From the NCBI RefSeq assembly GCF_009914755.1, contig NC_060935.1: a DNA stretch of 64,000 nt, one strand, 5' to 3'. Below the pieces are notes generated by a model. The model was not told the origin of the DNA. It searched no databases and was given only the letters and a program-made list of their open reading frames with translations. The number at the start of each line of letters is the position of its first letter. Position 1 is the stretch's first letter. Shown here one piece after another: positions 19,480-34,299 of the stretch. The position numbers were made by a program, and so were the translations under genes. The stretch is from the human T2T-CHM13v2.0 reference genome, Homo sapiens.

Positions 19480-19935
19480 CAGAGAGAAATGAGGCGGGAA
19501 TCTTCCCCTCACATAAACTTCCTGGTGCACAGACCAGACCCCAGTCCCAGACAGAGGTGCTCGCTCCCCGGAGCACAGCAACTGCCTCACTGCTGTGTCC
19601 CTCCCCAGGAAGGCCCACTCCCCGGAGCACTGCAACTGCCTCACTGTTGTGTCCCTCCCCAGGAAGGCCCCTGCCAGAGGTTCGGCCTTGCTAAGGGATC
19701 AGAAAGGTAGAACCAAGGCCTGACCTGTTGCACCAATCAGGGACGACTCTGAAGGACAACGCCAGCTTCCAGGACCCCCTGTGGGGTCAGCTGAGGCCTC
19801 TGACCTGACTATAGAGCCACTGGGCCCTGCTTCCCTCCCTCCCAGACAGGGCTGTATCCAAGAGCACTCCTGATAAACCTCCTGCTCTCAAATCACTGCC
19901 TTGGACATAGTGTTTCCCCAGGAACATGTCTCATG
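19480..19935 (+). mobile_element. LTR16-family (LTR16C-like, ERVL) solo LTR
   Basis: gggacgactctgaagg...ctgtggggtcagctgaggcct...gagcactcctgataaacctcctgc matches the recalled LTR16C 3' half. 5' boundary uncertain. Confidence 0.6.
19564..19670. repeat. 54-bp tandem duplication (2 copies)
   Basis: Units begin at 19564 and 19618; 2 substitutions between them. Confidence 0.95.
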
Positions 19936-20706
19936 GCACTTAGGAAATGGAGTCCATGGAGTTGAAAGGTGACTAAGATACTACATGTATCAGAACCAAT
20001 TGCAATGTTGGGGACAGTAGGATGTCTTCTAAACCCGACTAAGAAAATAACCACTGTTCACAGTGAAACAAGAATGCTTTAAGTAAGAGAATAATAGCTT
20101 CTTGAAAATGATTTATTAACTGCCACATACATCAACGGAGAGTTTGTGTGATCCTTCCCTCGTCTGGGTCAAGCGTATTCACCTGAGATTGTCTTGGAGG
20201 CCACTGGCTCTTTCTCTTATGTCCCCCAGGTGCTGGAGATGACACTGGCCTCTGCCTGTATGGAAACAGCCTATAGAAAAAAATAGAAGAAGAAGGAAAG
20301 AAAAAACAGAGGAAGAAGAGATTTTAGGATTGGTGAATGATAGGAGATGGCTTGTTGAGGAAAGGATTAAAAGACATCCATTTGACATGAGGGTCACCAG
20401 GGAAACGTGTCACCGCTGTGCTTCCTTGGCCATGAAGCCAGGTTGGCTCTGCAGCTTCGAGGTGCATTTGTCTGGACACACATAGCCACCAGCACCACCA
20501 ATCAACTGCATGTGGAACAACTGACAGCCCTCTGGGTGTTTTGGAGTCATTCAGCTTTACCTGGAAAGGTGCTGTAAAAAGTAAATAAAGCTAGATGTGT
20601 CACACCTGGTCTTAGCATGAGCCACTTGGCATCACTGGATGTCCATTATCTCACTCATTTATGTGAAATGCCAGTTCCCTCGGGCCCTTGAGTTTGACAG
20701 CCCTCT

Positions 20707-21351
<645 letters not shown>

Positions 21352-22619
21352 GTTGCCACACCTTTTTGATTGAACTTTGACAGGCCTTTCTACATGCTGG
21401 ATTTCATATCTTGTTAAGCAGATGTATTGATCCAATTTTTGTGGTCAGCTCAATGGTACAGGAACTAGAAGAACGTGCTAGAAAGCATATTAAACACAAG
21501 AGCCTCCTCCAGAAATGGTGATGCCTTTCATAGTAATCTAAGGGGTAAGAAAGGAAAAGGATGGATAAGTAAGCTCACTCTTAGAAAGCATACAAGAAAG
21601 CAGAAGGCAGCAGGAGATGGCAGCTGGAGACAGCCAAAATTACTGACATTCTGGTCAGTGTGAGTGAATTTAAGGGCAAAGAAACAACTTCTATATGTTC
21701 TTTAAAAACCTCAATTATGAAGGTTTGCCTCCTCCAAGGAGGTGTCACCGAAGCAACTATGGTCCCAGAAAATAAACCCACCCTCTTTCTTCCCGGTTTC
21801 CAGCGGTTCTCAAGAGCCAGCGCTGCTCAGGCAAAGGAGAAAAACAGCCTTCCCTATTTAGTCCTCCTGCTGGATTCCAGTTTCTTTTGGTGTCCTCCTT
21901 CCCAGCCAGGCCTTTCATGATACTTGAGCCAGAGTAGGTTTTGCAGATAGCGTGGGTTAAGAGGCCATTTTCCCTGGATTTTAGTAGCGCCTTGGGCCGC
22001 CGTGTTACATGCTCTGCCCGCCAGTATTCCCGTGATCTTCAACATTTACAGAGGGTGTGTCCGTAAGATTCTCTACCATTAAAAATTAAGCTTAATGTGT
22101 TACTTAGAACTGAGTTCTATTATTTCCCAAATGCACTCTCCTCCTCAATTTCATTTCTAAGATATATCTGACAGGCAACCGGCAGTCTAAGGGATATTGC
22201 AGAAAGTGAGACCTAGTATGATTACATGAAAATTACAAAATTCTGTCCGTCATCCTCCTGCCCAAGCTCTTGGTCTCAGGCTCCTCCTCATCTTCGTCAT
22301 AAAAAGCCCAGCAATCGCTCAGAACTGCTCGCTAAAAATCAGAGGTAAGCAGCGCCTAGCTCACCAAGGCAGCAGGTCTCTCATGGGCGAGCTCCTACTT
22401 AGAGTCTCACTTCTTTTGTTTTGCCTCTACTGTACCATTAATCCTGGCTCAGTCACAAACCTCCCAGGTGCCTCGATTTTTCTGTCTCAAATGGTGGTAA
22501 TATAAAAAAGCAGGTAATTTAAATAAAATGGGAATCGTTCAAGAAACGGTAGGAGAAAATGTACTATTGCTGTTATTTCTGGATTAATCTGTTCTTAATA
22601 TATTACATTAAGACATTAA

Positions 22620-22817
<198 letters not shown>

Positions 22818-25039
22818 TAAATATTGCAGCTGCCTTCTACGGGGGAGAAAAGACTATCTGTGTGAGAGGAGGGTGGAGACAGCGCTAGCAGGAAAGACAC
22901 AGCTCAGACAGGGGTGCCCAGAGACATCATAGACCTTGGGGGGACTTGCAGCCACAGAGAAGCCACCAGGACCCATCCATGCACCACAGAGGACAGCCAA
23001 GAGTCGGGGGCCAGTATGCATCAAGTGTGTTTATTCAAGGGAAGGAGCAGGGGAGGAAAATCAGCTATTGGCTTCTGCATCTCCTCTCAGATGTCCCCAG
23101 ATGGAATGTGACTTTGCTCTCCTGACTGGGAGGGCTGCTCTGAAAACATGACATAGAGAGCAGTCACAGGAGGACAGGGTAACTCATCACACAGGATCAC
23201 CTTTCTATTGGGGTAGTTTTTGTAGGTAGGAGGCCAGATGCAATAACAACTTACTGCCAAACTTACTCCAGCAGGCTTTGGAAATCTTTTCCGGATCAGG
23301 TGGCTTCTGTGAGCTGGACGGCAGCCCGGCCGCCAAGATGATAACTGAGTTGACTCTGCTGCTCCCCAGTCTCCACATCTAGTTCATCTCCATCACTGGA
23401 GTCACGCTGGTGATTACATTCTTCCATCCTGGGTTCTGCTCATGTGTCTGCTAAATGGAACAGTTAATTCAATAAGCCCCATTTCATTATCAATAGCGTT
23501 TTCCTCAAATCATTCTGTTGGCTAAGATTTTTCTCTTATTGTGGCTACTACATTCCTTTTGTTATGAGAATCACTATTATTCATGTTAGTCAGTCGCACT
23601 ACTAATAATGCTCTGTGTCAAGGCCAAAATCATCAGTGATCAACTCGCCGAAAAGTCATCTTAGTGCAGTGTTGCCGTGTCTCCAAACAGCAAATCCTGG
23701 CAGGAAACCATGAAAAGAACGGAGAAAGGTTACTGTGTTTCCCATCACCCTTTGGACTTAATTTGTTAGGAAAGAGCCTTTACTGAAAACCCCGGGGTGT
23801 AGAGCAGTGTGACAAGGACGCAGAATGTGTGGGCTCCCTCAGAGACCCCTGCACCTCCACGCTGGGAAGCCAAGCCCCATGGCAGCCAAGTTGCTGGTAA
23901 GATGAAACTCTCCAAAGCCAAGCTGTCAACAGGGATCGCGCCACCAAAAGTGAAAAAGGAAAGAGAAAAAAAAATCTTTTCCAGCACACTGGACTTGACT
24001 AAATCTCCAGAGCTCTGGAAGAAGTTTGGGTGAAAAGAGTCATATCGCAGGGGCTTTGTGAAGAACAACAGGCATCCTCCGCTCCATGAATCTGACCAAA
24101 AAAAACCTTCAGAAAGTTCGAGTATGATCCTAATGTCCACAGCCTCTGGGATGCTCCATGCAAGAGGCGGAGGACAGTGTGGTGTCGGGACCAGAGAGTA
24201 GAAACTATTTTGCAGGAAAAACTAAATAAATATGTGTTGGGTGGCTCTGCCACAGTGAGCCCAGGAGTAGAGAGAGAGACCGAGGTTAGCAGCCCTAGTT
24301 GTCACTTGAATGACTTCCCCGTGTCGCCATCAGCCTTTTTTCTGTAGGAAGTTGTCAGTTCAACTCTTCGATGGGCAGGTTTGTTATCAGCAAGCGGTTT
24401 ACAGCCCCTGGGCTGTGCATTAATTAAAACGGCTTTGTGCCCAGCCTTATTCATTAGCACACTGCTTCCTTAATCACTGCCTCTTCAGCCACCAGGACAA
24501 TCTATAAATCTCCTCATATATGAAATAATGAAGTGGAATGGTTCAATTTATTACAATGTAATAAGTCAGGAGAATGTGGAGGTGGACAAGGCGGCGTGGA
24601 AGCGGTTGCCTGTCCAGAGCCCTCCCTCCTCATTTCCTGACACACAGCAGCAGTCGGAATCTGCCTGGGTCCTCGCCTGTCCCAGACTCTTATGCCCTTT
24701 GCATCTGTCATCCAGACAGGCAGACCCCAGAAGAAAGAATGGCTGGAGAGGAGCAGAAACAGTCCTAAAGGGTGCTGCAGGGCTGGCGGCTTACTCCACA
24801 AAGCTGGGGTCTGTGGAAGAGGGCGTTCACACCTAGGGTCTCATTAACTCTTCCAGAGCCCCCTCAAGTGGATCATGCAGAGACACTACCTCCTCTTCAT
24901 GCAGTGAGGCTCCACAAGCAGAAGTCACCCAGCCAGAGGCAAACAGTGAGTGCGCAAGGAAGAGGTTCCTCCTTCACTCTTCTACGCAGAAGCCTGAACT
25001 CTCTAGTGTGCGCAGGAGCCTCCCCTACCTGAGCAAAAT

Positions 25040-25350
25040 AACACCTTGGAGCTTTCAGAACTTGCAACACTCAGCCCCCACCCAGATGAAATACAGCCGA
25101 CTCTACAAGATGAGGCCAGGGGACCAGCAATTATCAAGGGCTCCTTGATTAATTCTAATGCGCACCCTGTTGAGAGCCACATGCTCCCTCTTGTAAGAAT
25201 CACGGGAGTGCTGATTCAAGAGGCAGATTCCCAGGCTCCTCCCCTGGAGGGCTGGCTGATTAGTTTGGGGGTGTACAGCCCAAGAATGAACATTTTTATC
25301 AAGTTCCCTAAAAGATTCTTGGGACAAGCCACCTTTGGTAAAGACTGAGC
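25040..25350. mobile_element. MER5-like (hAT-Charlie) fragments
   Basis: aatcacgggagtgctg...gcagattcccaggctc...cccaagaatgaacatttttatcaagttccc resembles MER5A/B. Confidence 0.5.
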
Positions 25351-26470
25351 TGTCTCTAAAACATCTAGCCCTTGCTCTCCCATCCCACCTCCTAAGTCAA
25401 TGGTGCTCAATTCCTCCCCAACTTGGAGACATGCGGTAGATGCCATTTGTGTGACTGACACACTTCCACCAGAGAAGCCAGATTTTCCTAAGACTGTGAT
25501 AAATATAATAAACACCGTGACTGTGTGAGTTTCTGCATGCTAACTATAAACCCCTTCCTTCTTTCATTCACTGATTCCTAACCATCCCATATCCCCAGAG
25601 CTCTGCCTTAAGTGGCTCTGCTGGCTTATAAAGGTAGGGTGTCCAGGTTCTGCCCATTCCTCCCTAGTTTTCCATCTCTGAGGTGCCCTATGACCAGAAA
25701 CTAGAAGCACAGCCTGACTCATAGATGCAATCAGTGAGATGCTTCAGATCAGAGACGTGTGCCAATAGAATCAGCTAAATGGGAGCCCTGGGAGGCCGAC
25801 ATCCACAAATTCATTCACTCCAGAAGTTCACCGCAGCTTCCAGGAATGAAGCTCCCGGTTTGACATGCTTGTCCAGAGATAACCCCAAGCCAGGCATTGA
25901 GGAGTAGCGACACCAATTTGAAGAGGAAACGGCTGAGCCACGCAGCTGTCCAGATGCAGCCGTTTGCCATCTGTGCTGCTGAGTGGCTTTATTCCTTGGC
26001 TTGCTTGATGTGGTCAGCAACCGCCAGACGTCACCAACTTCCCGTCCACCGGCTTTCCCTGACATCCTCTGGAAAAAGGGGGCAGCTCTGCAGCTCCACA
26101 GCCAGGTGTGCCCCACCTGGCCTCTCCAACCTATGCCAGTCTCTTCCTCCTGGAAAGATGGAGAGGGAGGGTCCCAGGAGCCAGCACAGTCCTTGGGGGC
26201 ACAGGCAGCAGGTGGGCAGTGCAAGGAGGGAGCGACACAGGCCAGGACAAGCCATCCCTCGATGACGTTTTTCTGTCCAAGAGATACCTCATGGAGTTGT
26301 GAACATTGGACAATATACATGACTCCAATTCTTTGGGATCCAAATGCCATTCAGCCAGGAAAAGGCGGAAACAAGGTGTGTAGCAAATAGCATTGCTGCT
26401 TACCACAAGGGCTGTCAACCCACCCCACACTCTCTGCTGCTTTCTTTTTTCTCCTTCTTACTATATAACA

Positions 26471-26873
26471 TGGTATGGACTGATCGTTCTGTCTTTTTAG
26501 TATTCTTGTGTTGAAGCCCTAACTCCTAAAGTGAGAGTAGTAAAAAGTGGGGCCTTTGGGAGGTGATCAGGTCATGAGGGTGGAGCCCTCATGAATGAAA
26601 TTAGTGCCCTTATGGGAAGAGACAGGAGAAAGATTGCCCCCCTTTCTCTGTCTCTCTCTTTTTCTCTTCCTCCCTCGAACCCTCCCTCTCTCTGCCACGT
26701 GAGGACTCAGGGAGAAGACAGCCATCTGCAAACCAGGAAGCAGCCCTCACCAGACACCAGCTCTGCCAATGCCTTGATCTTGGACTTCCCAGTTTCCAGA
26801 CTGTGAGAAACAGAGGTCTGTTGTTTAAGCCTCCCAGGCTATGGTAATTTGTATAGCAGCTCTAGCTAAGACA
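26471..26873 (+). mobile_element. MLT1A-like MaLR solo LTR
   Basis: TG...CA ends; ggggcctttgggaggtgat, gccctcaccagacacc, ccttgatcttggacttccc and ctaagaca motifs. Confidence 0.85.
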
Positions 26874-27050
26874 CAGCACTTATCACCTGCTAATCTACTA
26901 TCACATTTGCAAATTTGGTGTGCTTATTTTTTATTATCTATCTCCTCCCGCTAGCAGATAAGCCCCACAAGGGCTGGGAACATGGTTTGTTTTGTTTAGT
27001 GATGTGTGCTCATTGTTGTCAACAGTGCCTGGCACATTGGAGGACTCCAC
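26874..27050 (+). mobile_element. L2 3'-end fragment
   Basis: tctcctcccgctagcagataagcccca...caacagtgcctggcacat. Confidence 0.55.
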
Positions 27051-27869
27051 AGCTATGCAGTGAGTGACAGTAAGCACAGGAGAGACTGGACAGCATCAGT
27101 GGGAATCATCCACCCCCCATCTTGTCCCAGGAGAAGGGAGACACATGAGGGAGAGAAAGTATGTGCACTTTTCATACCTCTGCCTGTCCTGGGTATTCAG
27201 AGGGCTTCGGGCTATCATCATAATCCATAAACAAACTAAGAAACCACGAGGTCAAGCTGCCAGCTGATATTCAGGCTGGCATCCTATCACTCTCCATGGG
27301 AAAGACTCCACCACTTCCATCCCACGTTGAGAAATCAGATCCCCCAATGAAATATTGGTTGTTCTTGCTTAACCAGGTGACAAATAACATGCTTAATAAA
27401 TTATAAATGATAAAATATTGCAGAAAAGCCCAATATCAATTTTAATACTTTAAAATGATTTATTAATATGCTTCCATACTGTTTGCTGTGTCTGTTATTT
27501 CTCACGTTCCCACGACACACTGTGAATAAGGAAGGGGAACTTGACAAGGTGAGTAAAGGGAGACATAAGGCTGCCTTGACAGGTGGGGTGTGATGAGTGA
27601 TGCGAGCATAGGCAGGATCAAAGGAGAAAAGATACCACTGCTCCAGGTCCCAGAAATGTTTCCAGAGAATTCTAAATATTCACGAACCACTCTTGCCATC
27701 TCCCCTTTCCAGGAGATGCCAAAAGATCACAAAGCCTTTTGTGAAGGCTGTTCTAACCCTGTCTCCTTCTAGGAAAACCACTTATTCTGTTGATTCCCCA
27801 CTGGACTGCATTGAGTACCTGCCTCTGACATGGCCCCTCTAACACAGGAGCCAAGGAGACCATTCACTT

Positions 27870-28215
27870 TGGATGGATGGATGGATGGATGGATGGATGG
27901 ATGGATGGATGGATGATGGTTGGATGGGTGGATGGGTGGGTGGATAGGTAGATAGGTGGGTGGATGGATGGGTAGAAGGGTGGATGGATGGGAGGATGGG
28001 TGGAAGGGTGGATGGGTGGGTGGGTGGGTGGATGGATGGATGATGGGTGGGTGGATGGGTAGATGGATGAATGATGGGTGGATAAGTGGGTGGATGGGTG
28101 GGTGGGTGGTGGATGGATGATGGGTGGGTGGGTGAATGGATTGATGAATGATGGGTGGGTGGGTGTATAGATGGATGATGGGTGGATAGGTGGATGGGTG
28201 GGTAGATGGGTGGGT
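27870..28215. repeat. Compound (GGAT)n/(GGGT)n low-complexity repeat
   Basis: Pure GGAT array followed by mixed GGAT/GGGT/GAT units over ~345 bp. Confidence 0.97.
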
Positions 28216-28639
28216 ACATTATTTGGTTTATGGGTTTCTTTCCTCACTCAGCCTCTCTCTACTCACTTGTAGACTGTGCTCTCTAGCATAGGGACCAAGA
28301 CCATCCTCAGAAGGGCACTAGACCTGGGACAACGCATCCTTTGTAGTGCAGAAGTCGGCGCAAATAACTGCACATAGTAAAATGACACCTCAGCCCTAGT
28401 AACTTTCGTTTAAAGATCGAAATTTCAAAATCAATGCAGAAAGGCATTTAGGAAAGGGGAGTGGGCAGCCCCTTTGCACTTCCCCACCCAGCCCCTCAAC
28501 CCCAAGGTGGGAGTGGTGTTTCTAGTTGTCTCCTGACCCGAACACAGTGTGGAATCTCATAGGTGTTTAACACGCGTTTGTTGAGTGGATTCAGGTGCTG
28601 CGGAAGCTCTCTCCAGAGCTTAGGAGCTTAGCGGGGAGG

Positions 28640-29110
28640 TAGTATGGCATCAAGGTCTCGGGGCTCAGACCCTGGAGCAGTGTGCCTGGGTTCACAGCCC
28701 CACACCTCACATCCTGCCAGGGCTGTGTGGTTTGGGCAAGGTTCATAACCTGTTGTGCCTCCATTTCTTCCGCTGGAAAATGGGAGATAATAAAAGTGCC
28801 TCCCACATAGGGTTGTTGTGAAGATTGGATGTGTAAATACAGACACGGTGTTCAGAAGGGTTCTTGAGGCAGCTCATGCCATGCAAGTGCCCATTGTTAG
28901 TAGTCTATGAGCATCGCATTTGAAGTCAGATGGTCTTGTGTTCCAGTCCTGCTCAGCCCTTTGCAAGTTCTGCCTCAGCCTCAGTGTGAGGAGGTTATTC
29001 AGGTCCCTTATGTGTAAAACGGGAATGATTCCATCCATATCAAAAAGCTGTCAAGAGGACTAAATTCATACAAAATTCAGGGTTTGACACGTTGTTAGTG
29101 CTCAAAGATA
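28640..29110 (+). mobile_element. Two adjacent MIR copies
   Basis: tgcctgggttc...tgggcaag...aaaatgggagataataaaagtgcctcccacatagggttgttgtgaagatt, with a second degenerate core after ~28910. Confidence 0.7.
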
Positions 29111-31673
29111 GCACTAGTACAATTTTTTATTAATATTGATCACTATAACTAATTGTTGTTCGTATTTTTGGGTGGAAGACACAGGTTTAAAGAGCAGACT
29201 GACTCTTCCTATTTGACCCAAACCTCTCAGCTGCCTCTTCCGCACAGTATGAGGCTTAGATTGTAAGTTTGTGTGTTTTGTGATCTGGGCCACATCACAG
29301 AACAGAATGCACAGTGGAAGGCCTGCTCTCCTGGGGGCAATTAGCGTCTGGCCTGTGTGGGGCCCACATTTCTCTTAATGAGTCATCACAGCTAAGTTGT
29401 CTAGGACTCTTTCTTTTTCCCCATTTCCTGGTTCTAAAACATAACAGACTAAAGGCAGAATATGGATAAAACTGCTTTGCTCCCCCTGCCCCTAAAAGAC
29501 AAAATAAACATATTGAGAAAGAAAGACACAGAGACAGGGACAGAGACAAGACGGGAAAATAGGAAGAGAGAGAGAAGCAGACAGGGAAGACACTCCAGAA
29601 GCAATAAGCTGAGCTTACACCGATGGGAGGGGTGGCTTTGTGAATACAGGTGTAAACGGTGTCACCCTGAGCACAAAGCCAGCCGCCGGCTCACAAACCT
29701 ATTAGCTGGTAAACAGCAATGTTCTGTAATTCCAGCTATTAAAAACAGCTTAAAGAGAAATCAAATCTTATTTAGCAGGGATTGTAGGGGTCTTCTTGGA
29801 CTATTTTAAAGTTTCATATTCATCTAAGCAGACAGGCTCTAATTCTTTCTTGGAGGCAATCGCATTTCCAAGCTTATTAAACATCCATTTAAAGGGGTGA
29901 GGAGGGCCTGTGAATGTTCCTTCCCCCCCACCCCGCCACACAGACAATAGTGGGCCTATGAATGACTTTCTAAGTCAAGGGAAACTACAGGGACAGGTGG
30001 AATGTTTCCTGCAATTTGCATATGAAACAAGGTTGTCTCTGCTTTGCTGCCAGTGAAGAAGAAGCGATCATAATTAGGGAGAGGGTCTTTACACATCCTC
30101 AGTTCCTGAGGTCAGGCTATACATCATCACAAAAAAAGAGGTCTCTCAATCACTGAAGTATCGACGGTGGCTTTCTGTGCACGTGTGTATCAACTGTTCA
30201 CACTGTGGCCATGTTCACAGAACCCCATGAACTTTCAGATGCTTATTTTGTTGAGACACTAGGGTCACCAGTCAGGGTAGAAAAGCTGGGCTCTTTTACA
30301 AGCCATCAAAAATATCTATGTGTTAAATGCTAAGTATCAGGGTTCAAAAGAGTCAGATAACATTTCTTCTGACTCTCAACATATGATTCTCAATATATGT
30401 CTGTTTAGTAGCTAAGAGCTAAATAAGCCTAAAAGCAAAAAGATGACCTTGCAAGTCAGTCAGCTGGCAGATGAAAAATCAAATCAGGTCTCCATGCTCT
30501 CGGTCTGATAGTCCCACAACCAGATCAAATTACTTGTGTTCCTTCCCTTGGAAGCGCAATTCTTCATCTCAAAATCCCTTCAGTCTCAGACTTCTCAGAA
30601 TAACTCTCCTGAACATAGGCGAGGAGGACGCTGCAGCCTAATTATCCTCTGCAACGACTGGTGAAGAATAGGTTCTTATTTGGTATTTTTCTTGATCACA
30701 TAACAAACTGACAAGATCTTTTCAAGAATGACGCTGTTTGAATCCTTCCAAAAATAGAGTGCCTGCATCCACATTTCCAAGCTATATGAGAATTGCAACG
30801 CTAATGGGTCCCCAGGTCCCTGGAAATTCTAAGCAATGGGTCATTCTCTAGACAGAAGAGAGACTCAATACACCTAGGCAAAAATGTCCCCCAAGTCCCC
30901 TCTAATTACCATTCACTTCCTGTATATCTCCTTTTTCATCACTGCTGATTACAGATACATCCATGTCTGAATAATATCTTTCCACTTTATAATCAGACAA
31001 CTACCACTTACTCTGATAACCTGAGACACTCTAAGTATGATTTTGCCTGCAGAATACTCTGTCTGCATTTGGTCTCTTTTCAGGGTTAGGCAAATTACTA
31101 CATCCTTGGCAGCAGAAAGCTGACTGGAACAACATACTAAGAAGACACCCTGTCTAAGGTGAGACTTAGAGGACAGCTCTAAATACTTGGTGCTGAAAAT
31201 TCCCATTCCCAGACGGCTGTGTGGAGGGGAATGCTGCATCTGTCCACCTCAAAGCTCCAGCTTCTCAGCTTCAGGCTCACACCAAGTCTCCCATAAGAAG
31301 CCAATCTGCTCATGATCTCTCTTCATGATGGGATTACTATTTCTTCATTTTATAATATTACACGACCCTCTAATTTAAAAGTTGCTCCCATCTATAGGGC
31401 CTCATGTCATTGGATTCAGACAGAAGCTTTGTAAAAGAATTTTCAGTGTCTCTAGTTTACAGTTGAGGAAAAAGAGACCAGAAGACCCTCCCCTGCCACA
31501 GCAGAGGGAGCGGGGCACTCTGGGATGGAGCTTGATTCTGTGTAGTAAGTGCACGGTCATAACAAAGAGACAGAGCGAGTCCTGGAAGTAAGCCTAGCAC
31601 CAAAGACTGGGGTTCCAGCATCGATTCCGCCACCTCTCAGTCACCATGGATATGGAATCTAAATTCTCCAGGG

Positions 31674-31835
31674 CAGTGTTTGCAACTTGGCTGCAAATCG
31701 GAGCCGTGTGGGGAGCTTTCACAAAACTCATGCCCGGGCCCACCCCCAGCATTCTGATATAATTGGTCTGGGTAGCAGGAGTTTTTAAGGCTGCTCCAAG
31801 TAATGTTTCATGCAAACACAGTTGAGAAGCCACGG
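31674..31835. mobile_element. MER5-type hAT transposon inserted in a MIR
   Basis: CAGTG...CACGG termini, MER5 internal motifs, degenerate 8-bp TSD CTCCAGGG / CTCTAAGG; the MIR core resumes at gcctcagtttc. Confidence 0.7.
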
Positions 31836-34299
31836 CTCTAAGGCCTCAGTTTCTCCCCCGGTGAAAGGAGAGTGACAACATGCACCCCATAAAATCATAG
31901 TCCTACCAGCAAAATACAGGACAGTCCATAAAATGATTTGCACCACTTTAAGTGCATCAAAGGAGAATACAGAAGTGTTTCCAACCCATTCCAGATTGGC
32001 CCCCAAAGTGGTTTTCTCTCTTAACAATTTGCCTGCAGGGATCTAGGAAGGCTTTGGAATCCAACTGATATCAACCAATAGGATAACTTCCATCTAAGTT
32101 TCTTAGCCAAGTAAGACTTTTACATAAAGAAGAGCAGTGCTGAGACATGGCTACCTGATCCAGACTCCTTCCAGGCTCATACACTTTGCTCTCTCATCTA
32201 CGCTGTTTGCTGGACTCTGCACTAGGCACTGTGCTGGGTGCTGTGGTGGAGAGAAAGATGAGGCACGCTACTGCCATCATGGAGCCAACAGCCCAGAGAC
32301 CACCGATGGCCAGTGTTGTCATCAAACAATGCCCAACAAACAGGCAGGAGGAACTTGGAACTGGGACACAATTTTCCAAAGAGTGATGGCTTTGCAGGAG
32401 GGGAGGCATTTGCCCTGAGTCTTGAAGGAAGGGTACAAGTTTGCCATAGAGACAGAGTTATAGGAAAAGGCATAGCGTGTTCAGAGACTAGTTGACTCAG
32501 TAGAGGCTGAGAACTCTGCCTTCTTTGCTAAGGATCTGGACTTCTTATTCCCATTTTGCAGATTTAAAAACTGACATCCAGAGTTTAAGTAACAAGCTGA
32601 AGGCCACATGACAGTGGAGATTTAGATACAGTTTTTGAGCAAGGAAGTGGCATGGTTATATTTTTCTTTAGAAAGCTAATTCAAAGAACAGTTGGAAGAG
32701 GAACCAAAGGCAAGGAGCCCAGATGTGCAGCAGCACAAGGGAATGATGATGCCAGCCTGGACTAAGGTATTGGCAATGAGGGTGAAGATGAAAGACAGGC
32801 CCTGGGTCCTAGAGACATGCCTGGGAATTCGGAGTTTAGTGCTGATGATGTAAGAGAGAAATGAAGGGAACTAGGCTGTACCACAGGAACAGTTTGCATC
32901 ATTCCACCCCAGCCCAGCCTCTCTGCAGACCCACATCCTGCCTGGTGACGTGTGTGCACTTATGCCAGGTCCATGTGCTCAGCTAACAGTGCTTCCTAAA
33001 CTTTGAGATCTACACAAGTTGGTAATCACTTGAAAATTTCCAATTAAATGTAAAAAAAGAAAAAAACAAGTAAATCTATTCTTTCTTTTGACTGCTCTAT
33101 TGATTAAAATGAATGTCTGTGCTGGGACTGCTGAACCATGGAAAGCAATCTGTTTTAGATGGGTAACAGATCGTTAGGAAATCACTGGGTTGAAGGAAAA
33201 AGTCAAGAAAAAAATTTGCACAGATTCACGTGTGGGGGTGTCAGTGTGCCTATCTGTAGCTCCATAGCCGCGTATAGATATGTGCATTTCTATATATAGG
33301 GGACATATGCCACAGACTTCAATCAGCAGCCATGAGCCAAAGGCACAGGCAGGATTCCTGAGAGGGTGGCACCACCGAGGGTTCAGCAGACTCTGGGCGA
33401 CACTGCTGGGTCCCCATGGGTGTGGATGGGGCACAAGGAGCTATTCAGATAATAAATTCAGCTCTCAAGCGGCTCCTAGCTGACGTGTGAGTTTGACAGA
33501 ACCTACAACATTGTACTTCAAGACCATTCTCTGGGAAATTCGGAAAAACAAGCGGCATGAATACGTATGCTTCTAATTTCATCAAAATGTTAGTTATGAG
33601 AGCTAGTCTACATACAAGAAACCTCTTGCTTAAGAAGAGGGAAAAGAAAAAAACAAGAATGAACTCTCCGTTGCTATTCTTCACTGCCAAATAAAATAAG
33701 CTGTGGCCAATTCTGCAAGGTACACCTTAGAGTTTAAGTCAGAGTCAACCTATCCCAAGTTTCTGAAATGGATTGTTTGCCCTCCACAAATTCTCCTTCA
33801 ATGGGGCAGGAATGGGAGGAAACCGGAGAGCGAGGCCTTCCATCAAAACGGATGAGTAGAAGCAAAGGGGGCAAGCCTCTCTTGTCCTGCCAGGGTGAAT
33901 TGCTCTATCACGTGTTCACCAGCTCAGTTTGTCCAATTAGCACTAATATCTTCCCCGTAGACTCTCATGGGCAGCATCTACCCTCCCTCATGTAGAATCT
34001 TCATCTCTATGATCTGACCATTCTGCAACCCAAACTTATCCCTCTTCCCTTCCCTGGGGCTCTCTCTCTCCCATCAAAATTTAGGAACTCTGATTTCAGA
34101 ACACTATTTTGGACCCGTTTGCTGGAACAGTGGATCTGCAGTGGGGTACTGGTGACATCACCTCAGAGCAGCAGGAGGGAGGGGAGAAGCTTGGGCACAG
34201 TATCCTCTATCCTCCAGGTCATGTCTAAAGGAATGGAGATTCGTTTGGAAAAAGTGAGTACACTCAACCATGTCTCATCATGAAATTCACGTCTCCTTT

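Noticed and set aside
25811-26430. Cluster of overlapping 120-180-aa ORFs on both strands
   Set aside because: GC-rich stop-poor sequence, no recognisable domain or exon structure; most lack a true ATG start.
27839-28247. His/Pro-rich minus-strand ORFs
   Set aside because: Translation artefacts of the (GGAT/GGGT)n repeat.
31494-31514. CTCF-like ACAGCAGAGGGAGC
   Set aside because: Two mismatches to the core consensus; cannot be supported without PWM scoring or ChIP data.
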